Positions 48,424 to 58,240 of a DNA stretch of 64,000 nt are shown here, piece after piece; the stretch's first letter is position 1, and each line of letters begins with the position of its first letter. Position numbers and translations under genes: made by a program. Source of the stretch: an uncultured Solirubrobacterales bacterium (GTDB lineage Bacteria; Actinomycetota; Thermoleophilia; Solirubrobacterales; 70-9); assembly GCA_963824785.1 (NCBI GenBank), contig CAWGQG010000002.1, forward strand, positions 133,570 to 197,569, read 5' to 3'. Below the pieces are notes generated by a model. That model ran no database searches. It was given only the letters and a program-made list of their open reading frames with translations, and was not told the origin of the DNA.

Positions 48424-49320
48424 GTGGGCTGGACCTCCTTGAAGTCGACTCCCTGCGGCGCGGTCCACCCTATCCGGGTGCAGCAGATGGGCCAGCAGCT
48501 CCGTCCCCTCGACCAGGCGGGGCCCGGGCCGCGAGAACGAGGCGGCCGCGTCCACCGCGTACACCCGCCGCGCCCCAGCTCCTCGATCCTGTCCCAGTGG
48601 GCGAGCACCTCCTCGCGCGCCCGGCCGGAGTCCCAGCCGCAGGGCATCGCGACGACCACCTCCGGCCGCGCCGCGCGAAGCTCCTCCCAGGTCACCGTGC
48701 GCGATTTCGCTCCTGCCTCGCCGATCGGGTCGACACCGCCCGCGATCTCGATCATCTCCGGGATCCAGTGGCCGCCGATGAAGACCGGGTCGAGCCACTC
48801 GAGCGCCGCGACCCTGGGCCGCTCCGCGCCCTCGGTCGCGCCGCGGACCGCCTCCAGCCTGCTCTCGAGCTCGGACCGGAGCGCCGCCGCGGCCTCCGGC
48901 GCGCCCGCCGCCTCGCCCAGCCGCGGGACGTCGGCGAGCACGTCAGCCAGCGACTCCGGGTCGAGGGAGATCACGTCGGGGGAGCCGGGCAGCCGATCCG
49001 CGACGGCTCGGACGTCGTCGTAGGAGACCGCGCAGACCTCGCAGACCGCCTGGGTCACGATCAGGTCCGGCTCCAGCTCGCGCAGCGCGTCCTCGTCGAG
49101 CTCGTAGAGGTGGCGGCCGGCGCCCACCGCCTCGCGGACGGCCTCGTCTATCTGTCCGGCGGCGAGGCCCTCCGGGGATGATGCTGCGGGTCAGGTGGCG
49201 CCTGGAAGCGGCCTCGGGCGGGTAGTCGCACTCGTGGGTGACGCCGACCACCTGGTCGCCGAGGCCGAGGGCGAATAGCATCTCCGTCGAAGAGGGCACC
49301 AGGCTCGCGATGCGCACCAC
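48414..49320 (-). pseudogene. BtuF/TroA-like periplasmic (cobalamin/siderophore type) binding protein, frame-disrupted
   Basis: [37 protein letters not shown] is in one frame. [12 protein letters not shown]...[28 protein letters not shown]...GGHWIPEMIEIAGG is in a second (shift near 49170). ARRVYAVDAAASFSRPGPRLVEGTELLAHLLHP is in a third (shift near 48570). The third frame has no stop before the next gene. Confidence 0.65.
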
Positions 49321-49341
49321 GACGAATATGGCACTTCTGAA

Positions 49342-49620
49342 ATGACACTTCTGAAAGAAGATGAAATAGAGAAGCGGCTCAAGGACCTGCCGGGCTGGCG
49401 GCACCGCCTCGAGTCGATCGTGAAGAGCTTCGACCGCGGCGACTTCAAGGGCTCGGTCGAGTTCGTCAACAAGATCCTCGAGCCCGCCGAGGAGATGGAG
49501 CACCACCCGGACATCGCGATCTCCTGGAGCCAGGTCGAGGTCGCCATCTCCACGCACTCCGAGGGCGGCCTGACCGAGAACGACTTCGAGCTCGCGAAGA
49601 AGATCGAGGCGCTCGCCTAG
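49342..49620 (+). CDS. 4a-hydroxytetrahydrobiopterin dehydratase (PCD/DCoH)
   Basis: 92 aa with LPGW...F..FVN.I...AEEM.HHPDI...W..V.V...TH motifs. Confidence 0.9.
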   Translation: MTLLKEDEIEKRLKDLPGWRHRLESIVKSFDRGDFKGSVEFVNKILEPAEEMEHHPDIAISWSQVEVAISTHSEGGLTENDFELAKKIEALA

Positions 49621-49736
49621 CCACGCACGGCTGGCCGGATGTTCGGCAGTCGCAGGCTTGACGGGGCTGCGGCCGGCGACTACCTTCGCTGTGGAGCTTG
49701 CACCGGTGATCCAGCCGCTGTGAGCGACGCGCCGGT

Positions 49737-51095
49737 GTGTGCCGGCACCCCAGCTTGGACGCCGGGAACAGAACCGTCACGGGAGACAAGCGCAGCATCC
49801 GCGGCCTGATCGCCGGGCTCGCCGTCGCGCTGCTCGCCCTGATCGCACCCGCCGCTGCGTCCGCCGCGTTCCCGCCCGGTCAGAACGGCGTGATCGCTTT
49901 CACGTCGTTCGACGCGCGGAGCAACCCCGCGCTGTTCGGGGTGTGGACCATCAACCCGGACGGCACGGGGGCGCGCAGGCTGATCGCCGGCACAGACACC
50001 TACAAGCCGACCTTCTTCCCGAACGGCCGGCAGCTTGCCGTCGTCAGACGGGACAGCGACGACTCGACGAACTTCTACTCAATCGGTACGGATGGCGGCC
50101 CGCTCACCGCGCTGACCACGTTCGATCGCAGCTCCGTCGACGACCCGGCAATCACGCCCGAGGGAAACACCCTCGCTTTCACCGGTTTTCTGCCGGCCGG
50201 GGGGTCGAACGATCTCTGGATGATGCGGATCGGGTTGGACCCGATCCGGGTCAGGAGCACTCCGGGCGAGCGCCAGTACACGCCGGAGTTCTCCCCGGAC
50301 GGGCGGCGGCTCGTCTTCCGCCGGATCGACGAGCATCAGGGAGACGGGGACCAGAGCGGCATCAACTCGATCGATCTGACCACCGACTTCGAGACTCGAT
50401 TGACCACCGATCTCTTCGACCGCTACCCGGCCTACTCGCCGGGAGGCGACACGATCGTCTTCGTGCGCAGCACTGGCACCGGCGGCGATGAGCTCTGGGC
50501 CATGAATCCGAACGGGACCAACGAACGCCAGATCCCGATGGACATCTCGTTCAACCAGATCGAGACCCCGAGATTCTCGCCCGACGGCAGGTTCATCGTC
50601 TTCGGCGGTTCGCACTTCCAAAAGCAGGACCTCGACCTCTACGTCATCAACGCCGACGGAACAGGCATCAGGAACATCACGGCGGGTCGGCCCACCAACG
50701 ACTTCAGCCCGTCATGGCAGACCCTGCCACGAGGATCCGGTGGGGTCGCTGGCGAAGTCGGCGGGACGAGGTGCGCGGCGGGAAAGATCACCATCAGGGG
50801 CACCGGGCGCCGGGATGTGATCAGTGGCACCCGCGGCACCGACGTGATCGCAGCCGGTCCAGGGGCGGACACCGTGTTCGGCCGCGGGGGCAGGGACGTC
50901 ATCTGCGGAGATCAGGGCCGCGACATACTGCTCGGCAACGGAGGACGCGACCTGCTGCTGGGCGGCCGCGGGAGGGACGGGCTCTGGGGCGGACCGCGGC
51001 GGGATGCCCTGTTCGGTGGACCGGGCTTGGACCAGTTGACCGGTAACGGTGGCCGAGACTTCTACGGCCCCGGCAGGGATCTCATCTTTCCCTAG
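49737..51095 (+). CDS. secreted TolB-like (PD40) beta-propeller protein with C-terminal RTX-like calcium-binding repeats
   Basis: Signal [20 protein letters not shown]. Repeated ...P.FSPDGR.lvF... blades. C-terminus [38 protein letters not shown]. Confidence 0.7.
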   Translation: MCRHPSLDAGNRTVTGDKRSIRGLIAGLAVALLALIAPAAASAAFPPGQNGVIAFTSFDARSNPALFGVWTINPDGTGARRLIAGTDTYKPTFFPNGRQLAVVRRDSDDSTNFYSIGTDGGPLTALTTFDRSSVDDPAITPEGNTLAFTGFLPAGGSNDLWMMRIGLDPIRVRSTPGERQYTPEFSPDGRRLVFRRIDEHQGDGDQSGINSIDLTTDFETRLTTDLFDRYPAYSPGGDTIVFVRSTGTGGDELWAMNPNGTNERQIPMDISFNQIETPRFSPDGRFIVFGGSHFQKQDLDLYVINADGTGIRNITAGRPTNDFSPSWQTLPRGSGGVAGEVGGTRCAAGKITIRGTGRRDVISGTRGTDVIAAGPGADTVFGRGGRDVICGDQGRDILLGNGGRDLLLGGRGRDGLWGGPRRDALFGGPGLDQLTGNGGRDFYGPGRDLIFP

Positions 51096-51242
51096 CCGCG
51101 CCTCTCATCGGCAGCGACGAGCACCCGCCAGAAGAAACGCTAGCCTTCGCACGTCGCCGATGACCGACGACGACGACCTTCGAGTACGGCGCCCCGCGCG
51201 GGCGCATCCGTCTCCGGCGCGCCCTGAGCGAGTGAGCGGGCG

Positions 51243-52532
51243 ATGACCGCTGTCGCTCTCGCGGCCCTGTTCCTGCTCGTGTTGATCAACGGCCTCTTCG
51301 TCGCGGCCGAGTTCGCGCTCGTCCGCACCCGGCGCGGCCGGATGGAGCAGCTCGCGGAGGAGGGCGACCGCGCCGCCGCCCGTGTGCTGAAACAGCTCGA
51401 CCGCATCGACGAGTACCTGTCGGCCTGCCAGCTCGGGATCACGATGGCGTCGATCGGGATCGGGTTCCTCGGCGAGCCAGCCATCGCCGACCTGATCGAA
51501 CCGCTGATCGACGGCTGGGCGGGACATGCCGTGGCGACCTCGCTCTCCTTCGCGATCGCCTTCACGCTCGCCACCTCGCTCCACATCACGACCGGCGAGC
51601 AGGTCCCGAAGCTGATGGCGATCAGCCGCGCCGAGGGGACCGCGCGGCGGCTCGCCCGGTTCCTCGACTGGTTCCTGGCGGCCACCAAGCCCCTGACGGG
51701 CGCGCTGACCAAGGTCTCGAACGCGATGCTGCGGGTGATCGGGATCCGCGCCGGGGACATCGAGGAGAAGCACACCTCGGAGGACCTCCAGGTCCTGATC
51801 ACCCAGTCGGCGGTCGGGGGCGAGCTCGATCCCGGCGAGGCCGTGATGCTTCGCGGCGTCTTCCACCTCCACGAGCAGGAGGCCCGCGAGGTGATGACCC
51901 CGATCCCGGCGGTCGTCACGGTGGACTTCTCAGCGACCGCCTCCGAGGCGCTGCACCTGTGCTGGTCCTCGGGCCACAACCGGCTCGTCGTGGTGGACGA
52001 CGGCAACCCGGATCGCGTTCGCGGCGTCGTCCACGCGCTCCGGCTGACCCGGCTGCTGATGCAGGAGGAACCCGAGGCGCCGATCGAGTCGGCGGTCCGC
52101 GACGCCCTGATCGTTCCCGAGACGAAGCCGCTCGACGATCTGCTGACGGAGCTTCAGCGCGAGCGCTCGTCGATGGCCGTCGTGGTGGACGAGTACGGCA
52201 GGACGGTCGGGATCGTCACGATCGAGGACATCCTGGAGGAGGTGGTCGGAGAGATCGAGGACGAGACCGACCCGCTCGCCGGCTCCCTGCGCCAGCTCGC
52301 CAACGGCGACTGGTACGTGCGCGGCCACGTCTCGCTCGGGGACCTGGCGGACCGGGCGATCGAGCTGCCGGTCGATACGGACGCCTACAACTCGGTCGGC
52401 GGGTACGTGTTCGCCGAGCTCGGCCGCCTGCCGAAGCGCGGCGACGTGATCAGCGGCGACGATTACGAGATCCGCGTGGAATCGGTCCGCGAGAACCGAA
52501 TCGAGGCGCTCCGGATCCGCAAAACGGCATAA
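51243..52532 (+). CDS. hemolysin-family / CNNM (DUF21-CBS-CorC) membrane protein
   Basis: DUF21 N-terminus (LINGLFVAAEFALV...CQLGIT), a CBS pair, and the CorC-HlyC C-terminal domain. Confidence 0.9.
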   Translation: MTAVALAALFLLVLINGLFVAAEFALVRTRRGRMEQLAEEGDRAAARVLKQLDRIDEYLSACQLGITMASIGIGFLGEPAIADLIEPLIDGWAGHAVATSLSFAIAFTLATSLHITTGEQVPKLMAISRAEGTARRLARFLDWFLAATKPLTGALTKVSNAMLRVIGIRAGDIEEKHTSEDLQVLITQSAVGGELDPGEAVMLRGVFHLHEQEAREVMTPIPAVVTVDFSATASEALHLCWSSGHNRLVVVDDGNPDRVRGVVHALRLTRLLMQEEPEAPIESAVRDALIVPETKPLDDLLTELQRERSSMAVVVDEYGRTVGIVTIEDILEEVVGEIEDETDPLAGSLRQLANGDWYVRGHVSLGDLADRAIELPVDTDAYNSVGGYVFAELGRLPKRGDVISGDDYEIRVESVRENRIEALRIRKTA

Positions 52533-52615
52533 GCAGGGGTTTTTCGGTCCGTCCGCGCACGCCTCTAGCTTGCCCGCAATCGAGTCCGCCGGGGACTCAC
52601 CGCAAGGAGGCCGGC

Positions 52616-52927
52616 ATGTGGATTGTGCGGCTCAGCGATAAGCAACTCGAGGTCGTGAGGGCGGTGCTTCGCTCCGAGGAGCATCGCGGTCCGGCGCTCG
52701 AAGGAGCGCTGGAGGCGCTGGACCTGGCTCGCTGGGACGACCTGCCGGAGGCTCAGCTGCCGTGGGGGGAGGTCGAGTCGGAAGCCTCGAAGCAGGGCGT
52801 CTCCGAAGCCGACGTGATCTGGGATCGTTGCGGCCGTCATGACGAGCCCGCAGTCCCGCCGATCCGCGCCAAGACCCGCCGCGCCAAGCGCAAGGGCAAG
52901 GCCGCGGGCGGCAAGCAGGCGGCGTAG
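52616..52927 (+). CDS. hypothetical protein
   Basis: ATG at 52616 preceded by AAGGAGG (52604-52610). 103 aa with a basic C-terminus. No family recognised. Confidence 0.4.
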   Translation: MWIVRLSDKQLEVVRAVLRSEEHRGPALEGALEALDLARWDDLPEAQLPWGEVESEASKQGVSEADVIWDRCGRHDEPAVPPIRAKTRRAKRKGKAAGGKQAA

Positions 52928-53792
52928 CGCAGCTGCGCTGCTGCTGGCCCTGCCGCTGATCGCGGCGGGCTGCGGCGGGGATGACGACGGCGGCTCCTCG
53001 CCGGACCGCTTCGACTCCGATCGGGCCTTCGCCCTGATCGAGGAGCAGGTCGCGTTCGGTCCCCGCCCGGCCGGATCCGAGACGCTGCAGCGGCTCGGGC
53101 GGAAGCTGCTCCGCCGGCTCCCGAACGGCGAGGTGCAGCCCCTCGCGGGCGGGCTGCGCAACCTGATCGGCACGATCCCCGGCGAGGCACCGGCGATCCT
53201 GGTCGCCGCCCACTACGACACGGAGGCGACCGTCCCGAACCACGTCGGCGCCAACGACGGCGCCGCCGGGACGGCGGCCGTGATCGAGCTGGCGCAGGCG
53301 GTTGAGGCCGATCTCCCGGAGGGCCACCGCGAGGTCCGTTTCGTCCTCTTCGACGGCGAGGAGGAGCCCGCCGGATGTCCGGACTCGCAGTTCGCCGAAT
53401 GCGCCCTGCGCGGCTCGAAGGCGTATGCAGCGGCCCACCCCGGCGAGATCGGCGAGCTGATCCTGCTCGACTACATCGCCAATCGCGGCCTGCTGCTGCC
53501 ACGGGAGGGGAACTCGGACCTCGAGCTCTGGGCCCGCCTTCGGGAGTCCGCCGACGAGGTCGGTGCCGGCGACCGCTTCCCCGACGGCACAGGCGCGGCG
53601 GTGATCGACGACCACATCCCGTTCGTCCAGCAGGCAGTGCCGTCGATCGACCTGATCGACTTCACCTACGCCTACGCCGACACGGCCCAGGACACGCCGG
53701 ACAAGCTCGATCCGGAGGTGCTCGACGATGTCGGCGAGGCAGTGGCCGAGCTGGTCATCGACCTCTCGGGCGAGACCCCTGCCGCGCCCTAG
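52839..53792 (+). CDS. M28 family peptidase / glutaminyl-cyclase-like lipoprotein
   Basis: Lipobox LIAAGC. AAHYD...GANDGAAGTAAV...FDGEE...DDHIPF metal-ligand pattern. The true start may lie downstream of 52839. Confidence 0.8.
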   Translation: MTSPQSRRSAPRPAAPSARARPRAASRRRSAAALLLALPLIAAGCGGDDDGGSSPDRFDSDRAFALIEEQVAFGPRPAGSETLQRLGRKLLRRLPNGEVQPLAGGLRNLIGTIPGEAPAILVAAHYDTEATVPNHVGANDGAAGTAAVIELAQAVEADLPEGHREVRFVLFDGEEEPAGCPDSQFAECALRGSKAYAAAHPGEIGELILLDYIANRGLLLPREGNSDLELWARLRESADEVGAGDRFPDGTGAAVIDDHIPFVQQAVPSIDLIDFTYAYADTAQDTPDKLDPEVLDDVGEAVAELVIDLSGETPAAP

Positions 53793-54616
53793 CCGTAGTC
53801 GTAGAACCCGGCGCCGGTCTTGCGGCCGAGCTTGCCCTCGACGGACAGCTCAGTGAGCCTCCCGGGCGGACGGTGATGGCTCTCGTTCGAGTCGGCGAAG
53901 AGCGCCTCGCCGATCGCGATCGCGACGTCGATCCCCACCAGGTCGAGCAGGGCCAGCGGCCCCATCGGATAGCCGGCGCCGAGGGTCATGCAGCGATCGA
54001 CCTCCTCCGGCTTCATCCCCGTCTGCTCGAGCAGTCGCACGGCGTCGAACAGGTAGGGGAAGAGCAGCCGGTTGACGACGAAACCCGGCTCGTCGGGAAC
54101 CTCGACGACCGTCTTGCCCATCTCCTCGCACCAGGCCCGCGCGCGAGCGGCGATGTTCTCGTCGGCACCCTGTGGAACGCAGAGCTCGATCAGCTCCATC
54201 CGGACGACCGGGTTGAACGGGTGCAGGCCGAAGGTCCGATCGGGGCTGCCGCTTGCCTTCCCCAGCCCCGCCACCGAGAGCGATGACGTGGTGGTCGCCA
54301 GGTCGGCGTCCGGGCAGGCATCGCTGAGCGTCTTCATCAGCTCCACCTTCGCCTTCTCGTCCTCGACGATCGCCTCGATCGCCAGGTCGCACTCGGCGAG
54401 GTCATCCGGATCGGTCGTGACCTTGACCCGCGAGGGGTCGCCGTCTTCCACCTTCGCGCAGAGCGAGTGGGACTGCTCCTCGGCTCGCCAGGCCGAGGCG
54501 TCGGAGCGTGCGAGCAGCATCGTCTTGGACAGCGCGCTGGCGCTGGCGGCGAGCCCGCAGGCGATCGTGCCGCTGCCTGCGATCGCCGGTCGCTCGTATC
54601 TGGACTCGCCAGCCAC
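53789..54616 (-). CDS. 3-hydroxyacyl-CoA (3-hydroxybutyryl-CoA) dehydrogenase
   Basis: N-terminal Rossmann IAGSGTIACG. GFVVNRLLFPY, GYPMGPLALLDLVG and TGAGFYDY motifs. Confidence 0.9.
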   Translation of the reverse strand: MAGESRYERPAIAGSGTIACGLAASASALSKTMLLARSDASAWRAEEQSHSLCAKVEDGDPSRVKVTTDPDDLAECDLAIEAIVEDEKAKVELMKTLSDACPDADLATTTSSLSVAGLGKASGSPDRTFGLHPFNPVVRMELIELCVPQGADENIAARARAWCEEMGKTVVEVPDEPGFVVNRLLFPYLFDAVRLLEQTGMKPEEVDRCMTLGAGYPMGPLALLDLVGIDVAIAIGEALFADSNESHHRPPGRLTELSVEGKLGRKTGAGFYDYG

Positions 54617-54701
54617 GGGGCGAGTTGTCTATCACGCGGGGTCGCCCGGCGAGCCGCGCCGAGGGCCACCGCCGTCCTCTGTGAGTGGTGGGCACAACAG
54701 T

Positions 54702-54724
54702 ACTGGCTGACTGACCAGTCAATC
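54702..54724. promoter_or_regulatory. 23-nt conserved site with 6-2-6 palindrome (TGACTG-AC-CAGTCA) in the hbd/thiolase divergent intergenic region
   Basis: ACTGGCTGACTGACCAGTCAATC is identical to 60650-60672. The palindrome is at 54708-54721, 67 nt upstream of the thiolase ATG. Confidence 0.55.
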
Positions 54725-54787
54725 GGGTAGGCTTGTGCCAGAGGCCGCTTCGGGCCTCGCCAACGACTTGATACGGAGGCAATCCGC

Positions 54788-55976
54788 ATGAGTGGTAACG
54801 GGAACTTCCAGGGCCGCGAGGTCGTGATCGTCGAGGCCGCCCGCATCCCGATCGGGCGCGGCCACGAGGAGAAGGGCTACTACAAGGACACCCATCCCTC
54901 GACCCTGCTGGCCAAGACCTACAGCGAGGTCATCGACCGCGCCGGGATTCCGGCCGAACGAGGTCGAGGACGTCGTCGCCGGCTGCGTCCAGCAGTTCGG
55001 CGAGCAGGGGATCAACATCGCGCGCAACGCCTGGCTCGAGGCCGGGCTGCCGATCGAGACTCCCGCCACGACGGTCGACCGCCAGTGCGGCTCCGGCCAG
55101 CAGGCCGTCAACTTCGCCGCGGCGATGGTCGCCTCCGGCGTCCACGACGTGATGATCGGCGGCGGCGTCGAGCACATGGGCCACATCTCCTTCGCCGACT
55201 CCTTCTCGGTGATGCAGGAGCACGGGATGGCCTTCAGCCCGGAGCTGATGGAGCGCTACAACCTCGTCCCGCAGGGCATCAGCGCCGAGATGATCGCCGA
55301 CAAGTGGGAGATCCCTCGCTCGGAGCTCGACGAGATCGGCCTCCGCTCCCACGAGCTCGCCCACAAGGCGACCGAGGAGGGCCGCTTCGAGCGCGAGATG
55401 ATCCCGTGGAAGAGCAACGGCGACACCTACGTCACCGATCAGGGCATCCGGCCCCCCGGCCCCGAGAGCGCGGAGAAGCTGGCATCGCTGAAGCCGGCCT
55501 TCAAGGAGGACGGCAAGATCACCGCCGGCAACTCCTCCCAGGTGTCGGACGGCGCCGCGGCCGTGCTGGTGATGACGGCCGACAAGGCCAAGGAGCTCGG
55601 CGTCACCCCGCGCGCCAAGATCGTCGACCAGACGACCGTCGGCGTCGACCCGGTGATGATGCTGACCGGCCCGATCCCCGCGACCCGGAAGATTCTGGAG
55701 CGCAACGGGATGAAGATGGACGACATCGACCTGATCGAGATCAACGAGGCGTTCGCCTCTGTCGTCGCGGCCTGGCGCCGTGAGCTCGAGCCGGACATGG
55801 ACCGCGTCAACGTCAACGGCGGCGCGATCGCGCTGGGCCACCCGCTCGGCTCGACCGGCGCGCGCCTCCTCACCACCCTGCTCCACGAACTGGAGCGCTC
55901 CGACAAGGAGACGGGCCTGGTGACGATGTGTTGCGGCGGCGGGCTCGGTACCGGCACGCTGATCCAGCGCGTCTGA
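54788..55976 (+). pseudogene. acetyl-CoA acetyltransferase (thiolase), apparent frameshift near 54945-54958
   Basis: The N-terminus (REVVIVEAARIPIGRG...) is in ORF 54788. The rest (EVEDVVAGCVQQ...VDRQCGSGQQAV...NEAFA...GGAIALGHPLG.TGARL...CCGGGLG) is in ORF 55125..55976. Confidence 0.85.
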
Positions 55977-55987
55977 TTTTCCTGAGG

Positions 55988-56540
55988 ATGTTCTTCGAGA
56001 CGAGGGCCCTCCGCGCGGGGGCCCTCGCCTTGCTTGCGCTGGCGGGCGCGGTGCCGGTCGCCTGCGGGGGCGACGGCGACGATCCGGTCACGACCGACGC
56101 CGACGCGCTCGTCCCGAGCAAGCGCGACTACATCGTCTCGGCGGACACGATCTGCTCCCGCTCCCAGGACGCGCTTCAGCAGGAGGCGGAGCTGCAGTTC
56201 AAGATCGACTCGAACGACTTCACCGTCACGCCAAGCGGCGAGATCGTCTTCAAGCCCGGCCGCCGCCCCAGCGCCGCGGAGGTGGAGAGGTTCGGGCGCG
56301 AGACGGCGATCCCCTCCCTGCGCATGCAGGTGGCGGACCTTCGCGCGCTCACCCCGCCGACGGGCGATGCGGCCGAGCTCGCTGCGATCTACGACTCCGC
56401 TGACGCGGCGATCGACCGGCTCGAGGCGGACCCGTCGCTCTTCAACGACGAGGGCGCGGTCGCACGGGAGCTGAATGAGGCGAAACGCCTCGGGACGTCG
56501 CTACGGCTTCTTCAATTGTGGGGTCTACTCAGGGCCATGA
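55988..56540 (+). CDS. hypothetical lipoprotein; 3' end frame-disrupted (reads in frame into the next gene)
   Basis: ATG at 55988 gives MFFETRALRAGALALLALAGAVPVAC (lipobox). There is no in-frame stop before the glycosylase ATG. A shift near 56490 would end it at TGA 56538-56540, which overlaps that ATG (ATGA). Confidence 0.5.
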
Positions 56541-57172
56541 GCAAGTGGACGAAGGACGACCGCGCGCTGATGAAGGCCGACAAGGTCCTTCGCGGGGTGA
56601 TGGAGGAGCGCGGCCCGATCGACCCGGCGACCGACCGGCGCGGCAGCCGCAAGGACGCCTACGAGGCGCTGGCCCGGGCGATCGTCGGCCAGCAGCTCTC
56701 CACGAAGGCGGCGGCCTCGATCTGGAACAAGCTCCTATCTCAATTCGATGGTGTGGCGCCGACACCCGAGCAGCTGCTGAAGCGGCGCGCCGACCAGCTC
56801 CGCAAGGCGGGCCTGTCGCGCTCGAAGGTCGAGTTCCTGAAGGACCTCGCGAAGCGGGTGGAGGACGGCCGCCTGGACCTGGGCCGGCTCAAGAAGCTCT
56901 CCGACGAGGACGTGATCGCGGCGCTGATCGAGGTCAAGGGGATCGGCCGCTGGACCGCGGAGATGTTCCTGATCTTCCACCTCGCCCGGCCGGACGTCAC
57001 CTCCGCCGGGGACCTCGGCATCCGTCGCGCTGTCCAGATCGCCTACGGGCTCGACGACCTGCCGGGGCCCGAGGACTTCGAGCGCATCTCGGAGGAGTGG
57101 CGCCCGCACCGGACGCTGGCGTCGCTCTACCTCTGGCGCTCGCTCGACAACACGCCGGTCGAGGGGAAATAG
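56537..57172 (+). CDS. alkA: DNA-3-methyladenine glycosylase II-like (HhH-GPD superfamily)
   Basis: IVGQQLS..AA..I, and the HhH-GPD motif LIEVKGIGRWTAEMFLIF...DVTSAGDLGIRRA. Confidence 0.8.
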   Translation: MSKWTKDDRALMKADKVLRGVMEERGPIDPATDRRGSRKDAYEALARAIVGQQLSTKAAASIWNKLLSQFDGVAPTPEQLLKRRADQLRKAGLSRSKVEFLKDLAKRVEDGRLDLGRLKKLSDEDVIAALIEVKGIGRWTAEMFLIFHLARPDVTSAGDLGIRRAVQIAYGLDDLPGPEDFERISEEWRPHRTLASLYLWRSLDNTPVEGK

Positions 57173-57181
57173 GCTCCGCCC

Positions 57182-58207
57182 GTGAGCGCACTCGACCGCA
57201 TTTCCATCGCAGCTATCGGCGACACCGCCGATGAACTGGCCCAGCAGGTCCGCGAGGCGGAGGCCGCCGGCATCGATTGCGTCTGGGCGCCCGAGCTGTT
57301 TCGCAGCTCGGTGACCCAGGCGACCTGGCTCGCTGCGCAGTCGGAGAAGGTCGGCATCGGCACCGGCATCGCGTGGGCCTTCACCCGCAGCGCCTTCATC
57401 CTCGCCGTCAGCGCGCTCGACATCGACGAGATGTCCGGCGGGCGCTTCCGGCTGGGCCTTGGCGCAGGGGTCAAGCGCCTCAACGAGACCTGGCACGACG
57501 TCGAGTACGGTCGCCCGGCGCCGCACCTTCGCGAGACGATCGAGGCGACCCGGCTGATCATGGAGAAGGCCCCGACGGGCGAGCCGATCTCCTACGACGG
57601 CGAGTACCAGCAGATCGACATCAAGGGCTGGATCCGCCCGCACAAGTCCGTTCGCGAGCGGGTGCCGATCTACGCCGCCGCGATGCGCGAGGGGATGTGC
57701 CGGATGGCCGGCGACGTCGCCGACGGCCTGATCGGCCACCCGATGTGCCCGCCGCGCTGGCTCGACGAGATCGTGATCCCGAGCATGGAGGAGGGGCTGA
57801 AGCGATCCGGCCGGAGCCGCGCCGACATCGACTTCCTGCCGACCGTCACCTGTGCCATCGACGAGGACGAGTCTCGGGCGCTCGATGCCGCCCGCCGCAC
57901 GATCGCCTTCTACTCGACGGTTCGCACCTACCAGCCGCTCTGGGAGATGCACGGGTTCGAGGACGCCGCTGGGGCGGCCGGCGACGCCTTCCGCAGGGGC
58001 GACTTGGCTGCCGTGCCGGAGGCGATCCCCGACGAGATGGTGGAGACCTACACCGCCGCCGGCCCGCTGGACAAGGTCCGCGAGCGGGTGCAACAGGCGG
58101 CCGAGCGCGGCGACGGGGTCTTCCTCACCCCGGCCACCTACTTCATCCCGCCCGAGCAGATCGCCGAGTACCAACAGAAGATCATCGAGGCGTTCGGCTC
58201 GGCATAA
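57182..58207 (+). CDS. LLM-class (luciferase-like) F420-dependent oxidoreductase
   Basis: 341 aa with a luciferase-like TIM barrel pattern (AGIDCVWAPELF, GRFRLGLGAG, ...). Confidence 0.8.
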   Translation: MSALDRISIAAIGDTADELAQQVREAEAAGIDCVWAPELFRSSVTQATWLAAQSEKVGIGTGIAWAFTRSAFILAVSALDIDEMSGGRFRLGLGAGVKRLNETWHDVEYGRPAPHLRETIEATRLIMEKAPTGEPISYDGEYQQIDIKGWIRPHKSVRERVPIYAAAMREGMCRMAGDVADGLIGHPMCPPRWLDEIVIPSMEEGLKRSGRSRADIDFLPTVTCAIDEDESRALDAARRTIAFYSTVRTYQPLWEMHGFEDAAGAAGDAFRRGDLAAVPEAIPDEMVETYTAAGPLDKVRERVQQAAERGDGVFLTPATYFIPPEQIAEYQQKIIEAFGSA

Positions 58208-58240
58208 GGCCGCCTCCTCCGCTTCGCGTCCGGGGGCGGC

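Noticed and set aside
56475-56540. 21-codon ORF MRRNASGRRYGFFNCGVYSGP as an independent small gene
   Set aside because: It is more simply explained as the displaced C-terminus of the upstream lipoprotein, and it has no RBS of its own.
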